Assembly: GCA_963781675.1 (NCBI GenBank)
Contig: CAWAGF010000002.1
Location: forward strand, 249,776-313,775
DNA length: 64,000 nucleotides
Reading direction: 5' to 3'
Source of the DNA: an uncultured Actinomycetota bacterium
Lineage (GTDB): Bacteria; Actinomycetota; Actinomycetes; Mycobacteriales; SCTD01
A model generated the notes under the pieces. It was given only the letters and a program-made list of their open reading frames with translations. It was not told where the DNA came from and searched no databases. The position numbers and the translations under genes were made by a program. Of the stretch, positions 50,888-59,315 are shown one piece after another; the stretch's first letter is position 1, and each line of letters begins with the position of its first letter.

Positions 50888-51364
50888 GTGAGCGGTCAGA
50901 ACCGGTCCGTGCGCGTGGGGCTCGTGCCGCTCGACGACGAGTCCGCTCTGTTGCTGGTGCGCGCCCAGATGCGAGAGCTGATGGAGACCTGGCAGCACCG
51001 GGAGGTCAGCGACGACGACGTCACGGCAGAGCTGGGCACACGACCGATGGCCGGGCTGGCGTTGATGGCGCTCGCCCGGTCGGAGGAGGCGCCCGTCGGC
51101 TGCGGCGCCCTGCGCGTCGTCGGCACCATCGGCGAGCTGACGAAGGTGTACGTGGTGCCAACGGCACGAGGAACCGGAGTCGGGGAAGCCGTCGTCGGCG
51201 CCCTCGAACAAGCCGCCCGCGCACGCGGACTGGTCCTCATCCGTCTCGACACCCGCGCCGACCTGCCCGCTCCGGCCGCGCTCTACCGCCGTCTCGGCTA
51301 CCAGGAGGTGCCGCCATGGCACGACCGCCCCTACGCCGACCACTTCTTCACCAAGGACCTCTAG
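50888..51364 (+). CDS. GNAT family N-acetyltransferase
   Basis: PVGCGAL, VYVVPTARGTGVG, ALYRRLGY. Confidence 0.9.
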   Translation: MSGQNRSVRVGLVPLDDESALLLVRAQMRELMETWQHREVSDDDVTAELGTRPMAGLALMALARSEEAPVGCGALRVVGTIGELTKVYVVPTARGTGVGEAVVGALEQAARARGLVLIRLDTRADLPAPAALYRRLGYQEVPPWHDRPYADHFFTKDL

Positions 51365-51501
51365 CGGCATGCGGCGAACGTCGCGAGCCCCGTTCCGACA
51401 CACGGCCGCAGGTCATCGGCGAGCGCCGGGCGGTGCCGCTCCACCGACCGCGTCCAAGCGCCTACCCCGGCCGGGCGCGGGACGCGCCGTCGGCCGGATC
51501 A

Positions 51502-51551
51502 GGAGGTGATCGCACCCGCCCCGCCACAGGCGCCTGTGTCCTGGCGGGTGC
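51502..51551 (+). repeat. Island internal repeat, copy 4, forming a full hairpin
   Basis: GGAGGTGATCGCACCCGCCCCGCC; GCACCCGCC pairs with downstream GGCGGGTGC around an inner CACAGG-CG-CCTGTG stem. Confidence 0.85.
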
Positions 51552-51679
51552 CAGCACCGAGCCGCTCTACGGCATACGAGTCGCACTCGACGATCGACTG
51601 CTGCGGCGGGTCGCGGCCAGCAGCCGTCGCAGCGGCACCCGGGCCGCCCGCACGACCCACCGCCGTCCCGACCTCAGGG

Positions 51680-51850
51680 TCAGGACGCCAGGGGGATCAG
51701 CGGGTGGATGACGGGCAGCCCGGCCAGTGCTTCCCCGGCGGCCCCAAGAGCTATGCGCACATGAGGCGTTCCCATGTGCGCATCGAGGTCTGCCTGCGCC
51801 CGCCAGGTCTCGATGGTGATGAACGTTCCCAGCTGGGCCGCAGGACTCCG
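51680..51850 (-). pseudogene. 3' remnant of an antibiotic-biosynthesis-monooxygenase (ABM) family gene
   Basis: GTFITIETWRAQADLDAHMGTPH; N-terminal half missing. Confidence 0.6.
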
Positions 51851-51898
51851 TTCGGGTTGGCACGTGTACGACATCGCCTCGCGGCACGTACCACTGGC

Positions 51899-52687
51899 TT
51901 AGTGCTTGAACGGGTTGAGCCTGCGTCCGAGGGCGTACTGCAGCCGGAACGGCACGGGCCGGTTCATGTGGGACAGCACCTTGTTGACGGTGCCGGGGAC
52001 GCAGACGGGCTTGCCGGCGTTGACGGCGGCCCAGCCCTCGCGCACGACGTCGCCGGCCTCCTGCCACAGGACCTCGGGGAGCTTGGCGGCGGCGTCGGCG
52101 GTGCCCATCTCCTGGTGGAACTCGGTGCGGGTGAAGCCGGGGCACAGAGCGGTGACGTGGAGGCCGTGGGGCTTGAGCTCCATGTCCAGGCTCTGCGACA
52201 TCTGCAGGACGTAGCTCTTGATGCCGCCGTAGAGCAGGCTCGCGGAGGGCGGGGCGAAGGCCGCGAGCGAGCTGACGTTGACGATGCGCCCGTAGCCGCG
52301 CTGCTTCATGCCGGGGATGACGAGGTGCGTGAGCTCTGTGACGGCGGTGACCATGAGCTGAATCTCGCCGGCGAGGGACGACCAGGGGGTGTCGGCGAAG
52401 GCGGTCGAGCCGGACATGCCGGCATTGTTGATGAGCACGTCGACCGTGAGGCCCTGCTCCGCACCGTGGTCCATGACGGCACGGGGCGCTGCCGAGTCGG
52501 TGAGGTCGGCGGAGAGGGTCTCCACGCGGACGCCGTGCCGGGCGGTGAGGTCGGCGGCGAGCTCGGTGAGCCGGTCGGCCCGGCGCGCGACCAGGAGCAG
52601 GTCGTGTCCGTCGGCGGCCAGGGTCCGCGCGAAGCTGGCGCCGATGCCGGCGGAGGCGCCGGTGACGAGGGCGGTGCGGCGGGTCAT
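51899..52687 (-). CDS. Short-chain dehydrogenase/reductase
   Basis: TGASAGIG, NNAG, YGGIK, CPGFTRTEF. Confidence 0.93.
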   Translation of the reverse strand: MTRRTALVTGASAGIGASFARTLAADGHDLLLVARRADRLTELAADLTARHGVRVETLSADLTDSAAPRAVMDHGAEQGLTVDVLINNAGMSGSTAFADTPWSSLAGEIQLMVTAVTELTHLVIPGMKQRGYGRIVNVSSLAAFAPPSASLLYGGIKSYVLQMSQSLDMELKPHGLHVTALCPGFTRTEFHQEMGTADAAAKLPEVLWQEAGDVVREGWAAVNAGKPVCVPGTVNKVLSHMNRPVPFRLQYALGRRLNPFKH

Positions 52688-53634
52688 GCGGAGGCTCCGG
52701 GGGCAGGTGTGCCGGGCGTCCCCGTCGTGGGGTCGACCGGGACGTGGGTGGTGAGGAAGGCGAGCTGGTCGGTGAGGGTGGTGGCGAAGTACGGCTCGAC
52801 GTAGGGGTCGAAGTGGCCGCAGTCGTAGACGTGCACGGTGGCGTCGGCCATCCGCGCCGCGGCCTTCTCGGCGACGTGGCGCGGTGTGACGGCGTCGTGG
52901 GCGGCGATCTGGATCAGCGCCGGACAGCGAACGTCGGCCGCGTGCCTGATCGGGGAGTACCGGCCGATCTTGAGGCCGATGCGGGCGGCGACGTGCTGCG
53001 GGTAGTCGCCCGTCTTCAAGCCGGCCGCGGCGATCTGCGTGTCGAGGCCGGGGACGGCGTCGGGGCTGGTCATGACGGCCGTCGTGCCGGGCAGTCCGAC
53101 GGCCTCGACGTAGACGGGGTCCCGGCCGAGCAGTGCCGCGGCCTGGTCGCGCAGCGCGAATCTCGCCAGGCGCAGTGATGACCGCAGTCCGGTCGCGCGG
53201 ACGGCGGCGGGGCCGCTGACGTGCGGGACCTGGGCGATGATCGCGGCAAGCGGCTCGCCCTTCCCGGCGAGGGTGATGACGTGGCCGCCGCCGAAGGAGG
53301 TGCCCCAGGCGACGACCCGTCGGGCGTCGGCGCCCGGCAGGGCCCGGGCGAAGCGCAGCGCCGCGCGCCAGTCCTGGAGCTGCATCGTCACGTCGAGGAC
53401 CTGTCGGGGCGTGCCCTCGCTCTCGCCGAAGCCGCGGTAGTCGAAGACGACGACGACGTAGCCGGCCTCGGCGAAGCGCTCGGCGTAGGCGTACAGGCGC
53501 AGCGCCCGGACGCCGCCGAAGCCGTGCCCCATCACGATCACCGGTCGCGCGCCTGTACCGCCGGGGCGGTACAGGCGCGCCGCGCAGCGCACGCCCTGGG
53601 ACAGGACGTGCTCCTCGGCGGTCTGGAACGTCAT
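52684..53634 (-). CDS. Alpha/beta hydrolase
   Basis: MGHGFGG, FDYRGFGES, nucleophile GTSFGGG, GHFDPY. Confidence 0.9.
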   Translation of the reverse strand: MTFQTAEEHVLSQGVRCAARLYRPGGTGARPVIVMGHGFGGVRALRLYAYAERFAEAGYVVVVFDYRGFGESEGTPRQVLDVTMQLQDWRAALRFARALPGADARRVVAWGTSFGGGHVITLAGKGEPLAAIIAQVPHVSGPAAVRATGLRSSLRLARFALRDQAAALLGRDPVYVEAVGLPGTTAVMTSPDAVPGLDTQIAAAGLKTGDYPQHVAARIGLKIGRYSPIRHAADVRCPALIQIAAHDAVTPRHVAEKAAARMADATVHVYDCGHFDPYVEPYFATTLTDQLAFLTTHVPVDPTTGTPGTPAPGASA

Positions 53635-53662
53635 GCGCACCTCGCTGGTCCGGTCGCTCACG

Positions 53663-55042
53663 TCAGACGTACGCGAGCTGCGCGTGGGTCGGCTTGCTGG
53701 CGGCTCGGCGGCTGCCGGCCTTGCGCTCGGTACGCAGCGCCAGCATGTACTCGTCGAAGTCGACCTGGATGGTGTGCCGCTTGCTGTTGACGTAGCGCTT
53801 GGCGATGGCGTCACGGTGCCGCTGGATCTCGGCGGCCATCTCGGCATCGGACGGCAGCGCGTAGCGGCCCTGGAAGTGGTCGGCGACGAGCTCGGACTGG
53901 CGCTCCGCGATCGGCATGATCGCCCCCAGCGGCTGTACCAGGCCGATGAAGCAGAGGCCCGGCACGCTCGGGTGGAACATGCGCTCGTACAGCCTGACCT
54001 CGTTGTCGCCGCGGGGGTCGAGGAAGTCGCGGTCTAAGAACGGGAAGCTGATCTTGTAACCGGTGCAGTACACGACGAGGTCTGCGGCGACCCGGCTGCC
54101 GTCGGTGAAGACGACGTCGGCGCCCTCGAACCGGTCGATGTTCGGCTTGGGCGTGACCGCACCGTGGGCGAGCCGGTCCAGGATGCGGCTGCTCATGGTC
54201 GGGTGGGCCTGGGCGAACTTGTGGTCCGGCTCCTGCAGGCCGTACTTGGACATCGAGCCGGTGGCGGCGCGCATCATGAGCCGGGCGAGGGGCCAGCGGA
54301 TCGCCGAGGGGATCCGCTCGTGGCCGGCGATCTGGTCGTAGGGCTTGCCGAAGACGTACTTCGGGATGATGTGCACGCCGCGGCGGTGCGCCAAGTAGGT
54401 CTCGGCAGCGTGGTAGCTGGCGTCGACGGAGATGTCCATGGCCGAGTTGCCCATGCCGAGCACGACGACCTTCTTGCCGGCGAGCTGCTGCTCGTCCTTG
54501 TAGTCGTGGGAGTGGATCTGCTCGCCGGTGAAGGTACCGGCGCCGGGAAAGCCGGGCTCGGGCAGGCGCGGGTCCCAGTGATGGCCGTTGGCCACCATGA
54601 CCGCGCCGTAGCGGCGGGTCTCGCCAGTGGTCAGCCGTAGGTCGAAGCCTCCGCCGGCCAGTGGCTGGACGTGCGCGACACCGGTCTGGAAGGTGATCTT
54701 GTCGCGGAAGCCGAAGTGGTCGACGTAGTCGTCGAAGTACTTGGCGATCTGGTCGTGCCGGGCGAAGTTCGGGAGGTGCTCCGGCATCGGGAAGTCGCTG
54801 AACTCCATGCGGCTGCGCGAGGTGTTGATGTGCAGCGACTTGTACGACGCCGACACGCCGTTGCTGTTGCCCCACACCCAGTTGCCGCCGACGCGGTCGG
54901 ACAGCTCGAAGCAGTCGAACGGGATCCCGCGCTCGTGCAGGACCTTCGCCGAGGCGATGCCCGACGAGCCGGCCCCGATGACGCAGACGCGCTCGCGCTC
55001 CTCGGCGGTCAGAGCGTCTGTCGGCGTGCTCACGGTGGTCAT
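53663..55042 (-). CDS. Flavin-containing monooxygenase (FMO family)
   Basis: IGAGSSG, FTGEQIHSHDYK fingerprint, GMGNSA, CTGY. Confidence 0.93.
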   Translation of the reverse strand: MTTVSTPTDALTAEERERVCVIGAGSSGIASAKVLHERGIPFDCFELSDRVGGNWVWGNSNGVSASYKSLHINTSRSRMEFSDFPMPEHLPNFARHDQIAKYFDDYVDHFGFRDKITFQTGVAHVQPLAGGGFDLRLTTGETRRYGAVMVANGHHWDPRLPEPGFPGAGTFTGEQIHSHDYKDEQQLAGKKVVVLGMGNSAMDISVDASYHAAETYLAHRRGVHIIPKYVFGKPYDQIAGHERIPSAIRWPLARLMMRAATGSMSKYGLQEPDHKFAQAHPTMSSRILDRLAHGAVTPKPNIDRFEGADVVFTDGSRVAADLVVYCTGYKISFPFLDRDFLDPRGDNEVRLYERMFHPSVPGLCFIGLVQPLGAIMPIAERQSELVADHFQGRYALPSDAEMAAEIQRHRDAIAKRYVNSKRHTIQVDFDEYMLALRTERKAGSRRAASKPTHAQLAYV

Positions 55043-55061
55043 GCGGGCTCCTCTACGCGGA

Positions 55062-55093
55062 AGTGACCAGCGGTCATATGACCAGTGGTCACT
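55062..55093. promoter_or_regulatory. Tandem TGACC-N3-GGTCA palindromes, candidate TetR operators upstream of the FMO operon
   Basis: GTGACCAGCGGTCAT followed by ATGACCAGTGGTCAC; the same motif recurs at 56324-56338. Confidence 0.8.
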
Positions 55094-55109
55094 GTAGGGT
55101 GCGGTGTCA

Positions 55110-55632
55110 TACCGCGCAACCCCTTCGTCGAGACCGGCGTTGGACCACGCGGGCTCGAGCTGGTGTCCGCGCGGCTTTCGGGCCCCGGACTCCGCCGGCG
55201 TCCTGGTTGCCCCCGTCCCGGCCCGTCCCGCGCTCGGGTCGCTGCTGTCGATCGCCCGGCGGCGCCCGGCCGACGCCGCCCGGGTCGTGGTCGGAGGCTC
55301 ACTGCCCCTGGCGCCGCGAGTACCTGTCCAACCAGCAGAAGGCCGCTGACGCCCAGCGGCTTGCCGACCGGTGCGGCCCAGAGTCGCCACTGGTGCAGTA
55401 CCAGCTCCTGCTGCACCGCCCGGCCGTGCAGCCACGAGGCGATGCTCCAGTGCTCGTGCTCGCTACCCGGGACGACGCTCTCGTGCCCTTCGCCGACGTC
55501 CGCCGCACCGCCGCGCACTACGACGCCGAGCTGCGAACCTTCCCCGGCACGGGCCTTGACCTCATGCTCGACGCCGACTGGAGCACCGTTCACCGCCATG
55601 ATCAATGGGTGGAGGACGTCCTCGCCGGCTGA
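55110..55632 (+). pseudogene. Degraded alpha/beta hydrolase remnant
   Basis: PVLVLATRDDALVP...FPGTGLDLMLD (the expected GHDLML His is lost); 5' half absent or frameshifted. Confidence 0.6.
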
Positions 55633-55644
55633 CCCCGGCGCCCC

Positions 55645-56307
55645 TCAGTGCCCGACATCCTCATGCGGACCGAACGCATCGCGCAGCGTAGCGATCACGC
55701 GGTCGATCGCGCGCACACGCTCAGCCCGGTCCTCGCTGCCCAGGCCCAGCACGGGGTCCAGGCCAGGGCTGTGCGACGCCAGGGCGATGTGCGGCAGCAG
55801 GACCAGCAGCAGGGCCAGGAACGCGTCGACATCAGCGTCCTCCCGCAGGTGGCCCCGCTGCTGCGCCCCTGCCATGAGCGGCCGGAGCACGGCCAGGTAG
55901 TGCTCGTTGGCCGCGCCCCGTACCGCCATCCGTGCGGAGCGGTCCGGCTCCAAGTTCACCGCCACCGTCATCGCGAGCTCCAACGGGTGCGAGTGGAAGT
56001 ACTCCTCCCACGCCACGACGAGGTCCCGCAACGGCCCGAAGAACCCCTGCCCCCAGTCCATCGCCCTGATGGCGCTCTCCATGTCGGAGTGGATCCGGGC
56101 GCTCGCCCGCTCGGACAGGTAGGCGTACAGGTCCTGCTTGTCGTGGAAGTACTGGAACAAGCTGCCCTTGGCCACTCCCGCCTCGCGGGCGATGACGTTC
56201 AGGCTTCCTCCGGAGAACCCGCGCACCGCGAACTCGTCCTGAGCTGCTCTCGTCACAGCCTGCCGACGGGCTTCAGGCAGGCGCTCCCAGGTCGACGTCG
56301 GCACCAT
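55645..56307 (-). CDS. TetR/AcrR family regulator
   Basis: EFAVRGFSGGSLNVIAREAGVAKGSLFQYFHDK. Confidence 0.92.
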   Translation of the reverse strand: MVPTSTWERLPEARRQAVTRAAQDEFAVRGFSGGSLNVIAREAGVAKGSLFQYFHDKQDLYAYLSERASARIHSDMESAIRAMDWGQGFFGPLRDLVVAWEEYFHSHPLELAMTVAVNLEPDRSARMAVRGAANEHYLAVLRPLMAGAQQRGHLREDADVDAFLALLLVLLPHIALASHSPGLDPVLGLGSEDRAERVRAIDRVIATLRDAFGPHEDVGH

Positions 56308-56323
56308 CCCCACCCCCTGATCC

Positions 56324-56338
56324 GTGACCACCGGTCAC
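56324..56338. promoter_or_regulatory. TGACC-N3-GGTCA palindrome, candidate autoregulatory TetR operator
   Basis: GTGACCACCGGTCAC just upstream of the tetR start. Confidence 0.75.
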
Positions 56339-56535
56339 ATCCTCGCAGACGACGGTGGCAGGAGCACTGACGCACGACCGGCGGCCGGGGTCGCGACGCG
56401 AGCAGGCCCGTCAGATCGTGCGGGAACCCGATCCGCGCGAGAAGTCCAGCACCAGTGCGGCGATCGTCCTGAGGGCAGCGGTCACCCGGTCGGCACCCCC
56501 TGTCGCCGCGAGGCCCGGTGCCGCTCGAGCGGGAT

Positions 56536-56560
56536 GGAGGTGATCGCACCCGCCCCGCCT
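56536..56560 (+). repeat. Island internal repeat, copy 5
   Basis: GGAGGTGATCGCACCCGCCCCGCCT; 24 bp identical to the copy at 51502. Confidence 0.85.
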
Positions 56561-56653
56561 CGATCACGTCACGATCGGGCCGTCGAGCCCGCACCAGCGG
56601 GCCGCAACGCCGCACCCGCTGACTCATGAGCGGCCTTACGTCTTGCTGCCGAA

Positions 56654-56676
56654 CTCGACCGGCGCTGAGCTGAGGC
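56654..56676 (+). repeat. Right island-boundary direct repeat
   Basis: CTCGACCGGCGCTGAGCTGAGGC, 21/23 identical to 42711-42733. Confidence 0.75.
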
Positions 56677-56704
56677 TGCCCGCCGGCAGCAGACCGCCTC
56701 AGCT
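56668..56704. terminator. Hairpin at the end of the convergent GT4 gene
   Basis: AGCTGAGGC...GCCTCAGCT inverted repeat. Confidence 0.5.
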
Positions 56705-58207
56705 GCCGTCGAGCCCGGCGATCAGCTTCTCGAGCCGGGCGTCGAAGGCGTCCAGCGAGAAGTCCTGCGCCCGTACGACGGCGGAGGCAGACATCTCGGC
56801 CCGGCGCTCGGGGTCGTCGACCAGCTCGCGGGTGCGTTCGGCGAAGCCGTCCAGGTCGAGGACGTGCCGGCCGTCCACGCCGTCGCGCACCGTCTCCACC
56901 AGGCCGCCGGCGCCGAGGACGACCGGCACCGCTCCCGCCGACATCGCCTCGACCGTCGAGATGCCGAAGTGCTCGAGGCGGTCGGGGTCGGCGTCCGCGT
57001 CCTCCCCGAGACCGGCCGCGTGCCAGTAGACGGCGGCCTGCGCGTAGAGGGTGTCGAGCTCCGACCCCAGCGCGTTCGCGTGCACCTCGACCGGGTAGCG
57101 GCCGGCGGCCTCCTGCACGCTGCGCAGGTAGTCGCGCCCCTCGGCCGCGCAGCCGCCGACCAGGTGCAGCGTCCAGCCCGCGAGGCCGCCGTCGACCAGC
57201 CGCCGGAAGGCCTGCACCAGCTCGAGCTGCTTCTTGCTGTGGCCGCGGCCGGTGGGGAAGAACCGCCCGACGCTCAGCACCACCGGCCCCTTGTCGCCCG
57301 GCGACCGCATGGAGACGGGCGGGTGCAGGACGTCGGCCGGGCGCTGCCAGAGCCGCTGCACCCAGCCGGCGGTGAACGCGGAGTTCGCGACCAGGGCGTC
57401 GTAGCCGTCCAGCCAGTCGGTGGAGGTGCCCGGCTCGAGGCCGCGACGGGTGGCGCGCGCCACCCAGCCGCCGCGGCCGAGGGCGACGCCGACCACCGGC
57501 ACGCCGAGCGTCCGGGTGTCGTCGCCGCCGACGAGCTCGGCCGGCACGAAGCCGTCCGAGGCGACGACCACCTGCACCGGCACGCCCGCGGCCGGGCTGA
57601 CGACCCGCGTGCGCAGCGCCCGGCCGCTCCACCGCTCGACCGGCGCCGGAGCGGCCAGCTCGGTCGCCGCACTCTCCTGGCCGTCCACGAGCAGCCGCAC
57701 GCGGGTCGGCCCCGCCGCGGGAGGGCGGGCGAACCCGACGAGCACGGTGAGGTCGACGGGCTGCCCGGGCGCGGTCGTGACGAGCAGCGTCCCCTCGCCG
57801 TCGGTCCACGTCGTACGCCCCTCGCGGCCGTGGAAGCCGGCGCCCCACTCGACCCGCGGCAGCTGCGTGCCCGGCGCTGCCGTGAGGCCGCTCATCGACG
57901 TCGGGAAGTGCACGACGTAGACGTTGCGGCGGGCCGCACCGGCCTCGCGGCTGCGGTGGCTGACGTTGACGAACAGCTCGAGGTCCCGGCTGGCCGCCGT
58001 CACCGCGCGCGAGGTCTGCGGGACGACCCGCACGGTGCAGCCCGACAGGTCCAGCGACAGCCGCTCGCCGAGCCGGTCGAGGTCGAGCTCCTCGTGCGCG
58101 AGCAGCTGCACCGGTCCGCGCCGGGCGAGCAGCTGCGCGACGGCGCCGCCGTAGGTCTCGGCCCCGCCGCCGGTGCTCCAGTAGCGGTTGTACACGGCGG
58201 CAGTCAC
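56699..58207 (-). CDS. GT4 glycosyltransferase with an inserted domain; paralog of 38935..40482
   Basis: AAVYNRYWSTGGGAE, ANSAFT, VGRFF..GHSKKQ, EHFGISTVEAMSAG. Confidence 0.9.
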   Translation of the reverse strand: MTAAVYNRYWSTGGGAETYGGAVAQLLARRGPVQLLAHEELDLDRLGERLSLDLSGCTVRVVPQTSRAVTAASRDLELFVNVSHRSREAGAARRNVYVVHFPTSMSGLTAAPGTQLPRVEWGAGFHGREGRTTWTDGEGTLLVTTAPGQPVDLTVLVGFARPPAAGPTRVRLLVDGQESAATELAAPAPVERWSGRALRTRVVSPAAGVPVQVVVASDGFVPAELVGGDDTRTLGVPVVGVALGRGGWVARATRRGLEPGTSTDWLDGYDALVANSAFTAGWVQRLWQRPADVLHPPVSMRSPGDKGPVVLSVGRFFPTGRGHSKKQLELVQAFRRLVDGGLAGWTLHLVGGCAAEGRDYLRSVQEAAGRYPVEVHANALGSELDTLYAQAAVYWHAAGLGEDADADPDRLEHFGISTVEAMSAGAVPVVLGAGGLVETVRDGVDGRHVLDLDGFAERTRELVDDPERRAEMSASAVVRAQDFSLDAFDARLEKLIAGLDGS

Positions 58208-58210
58208 GCA

Positions 58211-58230
58211 GCCGCACGCTAGCGTGCGGC
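58211..58230. promoter_or_regulatory. Perfect 20-bp palindrome with a TAGCGT -10-like box on both strands
   Basis: GCCGCACGCTAGCGTGCGGC fills the 27-bp gap between divergent GT4 genes. Confidence 0.6.
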
Positions 58231-58234
58231 CCTC

Positions 58235-59293
58235 ATGAGACTCGGCCTCGACGCGACGCCGCTGCTGGGCGCGCGCACGGGGATCGGCCGCTACACCGAG
58301 GCCCTCCTGGGCGCGCTGGCCGACGCCGGGAGCGACCAGCTGGTCGCCACCGCGTTCACCCTGCGCGGCCGCGGCGGTCTGCAGGTGCCGGCGGGCGTCG
58401 AGGTCCGGGCCCGGCCGCTGCCCGCCCGCGGCCTGCAGGAGGCGTGGGCGCGCACCGAGCTGCCGCCGGTGGAGTGGCTCACCGGCCGGCTCGACGTCTT
58501 CCACGCGACCAACTTCGTGCTGCCACCGCTGGCCCGCGCCCGCGGCGTCGTCACCGTCCACGACCTGGCCTTCCTGCGGATGACCGACACCGTGCGCGCC
58601 GCGAGCGCGCGCTACCGGGGCCTGGTCCCCCGGTCGATCGGCCGCGCCGCGGTGGTCCTCACGCCCAGCGAGGCAGTGGCCGACCAGGTGCGGGAGGCGT
58701 ACGCGCCGCGCGTCCCGGTGCTGGCCGTTCCGCACGGGGTCGCCCCCGGCTGGGCGACCACCTCACCGCCGGACGACGCGCTGCGCCGCAGCCTGGGCCT
58801 GCCGCGCGAGTACGTGCTGTTCGTCGGGACGCTGGAGCCGCGCAAGGACGTGCGGACGCTGCTCGCCGCGCACCGGCTGCTGCCGGACGCGCCGCCGCTC
58901 GTGCTGGTCGGACCGCCGGGGTGGGGCGAGCAGGTCGACGTCACGGGGGCGGTGACGACCGGCTACCTGGACGACGCGGTGCTGCGGCCGGTCGTGGCCG
59001 GGGCGGCTGCGCTGGTGCTGCCCAGCCGCGACGAGGGGTTCGGGCTGCCGCTGCTGGAGGCGCTGGCCGCCGGGACCCCGGTCGTGGCCAGCGACCTGCC
59101 GGTGCTGCGCGAGGTCGGCGCGGACCTCGTGACGTACGCGCCCGTCGGCGACGCGGAGGGCTTCGCCGCCGCGCTGCGCACCGTGCTGGACAGCCCCGGG
59201 GACGGCGCCGCGCGACGCGCCCACGCCGCCCGCTTCACCTGGGCGGCGTCCGCCGCGGGCCACCGCGCCGCCTATACGCTTGCGCTGTCCTGA
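58235..59293 (+). CDS. GT4 glycosyltransferase
   Basis: TGIGRY, VHDLAF, GTLEPRK, EGFGLPLLEALAAG. Confidence 0.92.
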   Translation: MRLGLDATPLLGARTGIGRYTEALLGALADAGSDQLVATAFTLRGRGGLQVPAGVEVRARPLPARGLQEAWARTELPPVEWLTGRLDVFHATNFVLPPLARARGVVTVHDLAFLRMTDTVRAASARYRGLVPRSIGRAAVVLTPSEAVADQVREAYAPRVPVLAVPHGVAPGWATTSPPDDALRRSLGLPREYVLFVGTLEPRKDVRTLLAAHRLLPDAPPLVLVGPPGWGEQVDVTGAVTTGYLDDAVLRPVVAGAAALVLPSRDEGFGLPLLEALAAGTPVVASDLPVLREVGADLVTYAPVGDAEGFAAALRTVLDSPGDGAARRAHAARFTWAASAAGHRAAYTLALS

Positions 59294-59315
59294 ACCCCGT
59301 GGAAGGTGCTCTCCC

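Larger units (their letters stand above)
42711..56676. mobile_element. Accessory genomic island of about 14 kb with no recognisable integrase
   Basis: Bounded by the direct repeat; interrupts the glycan locus; visibly more A/T-ending codons, long intergenic stretches and gene remnants. Confidence 0.7.

Noticed and set aside
51501-51515. AGGAGGTGATC is complementary to the 16S rRNA 3' end (strong SD or rRNA fragment)
   Set aside because: No suitably spaced start codon or credible ORF follows, the match ends after 11 nt, and only two repeat copies carry the GGAGG part.
48160-56560. Internal repeats as a CRISPR array
   Set aside because: Spacing is 0.4-5 kb, the intervals contain genes, and there are no cas genes.
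42734-56653. Integrase, transposase or prophage genes in the island
   Set aside because: No tyrosine or serine recombinase, DDE or HUH motifs recognised in any listed frame.
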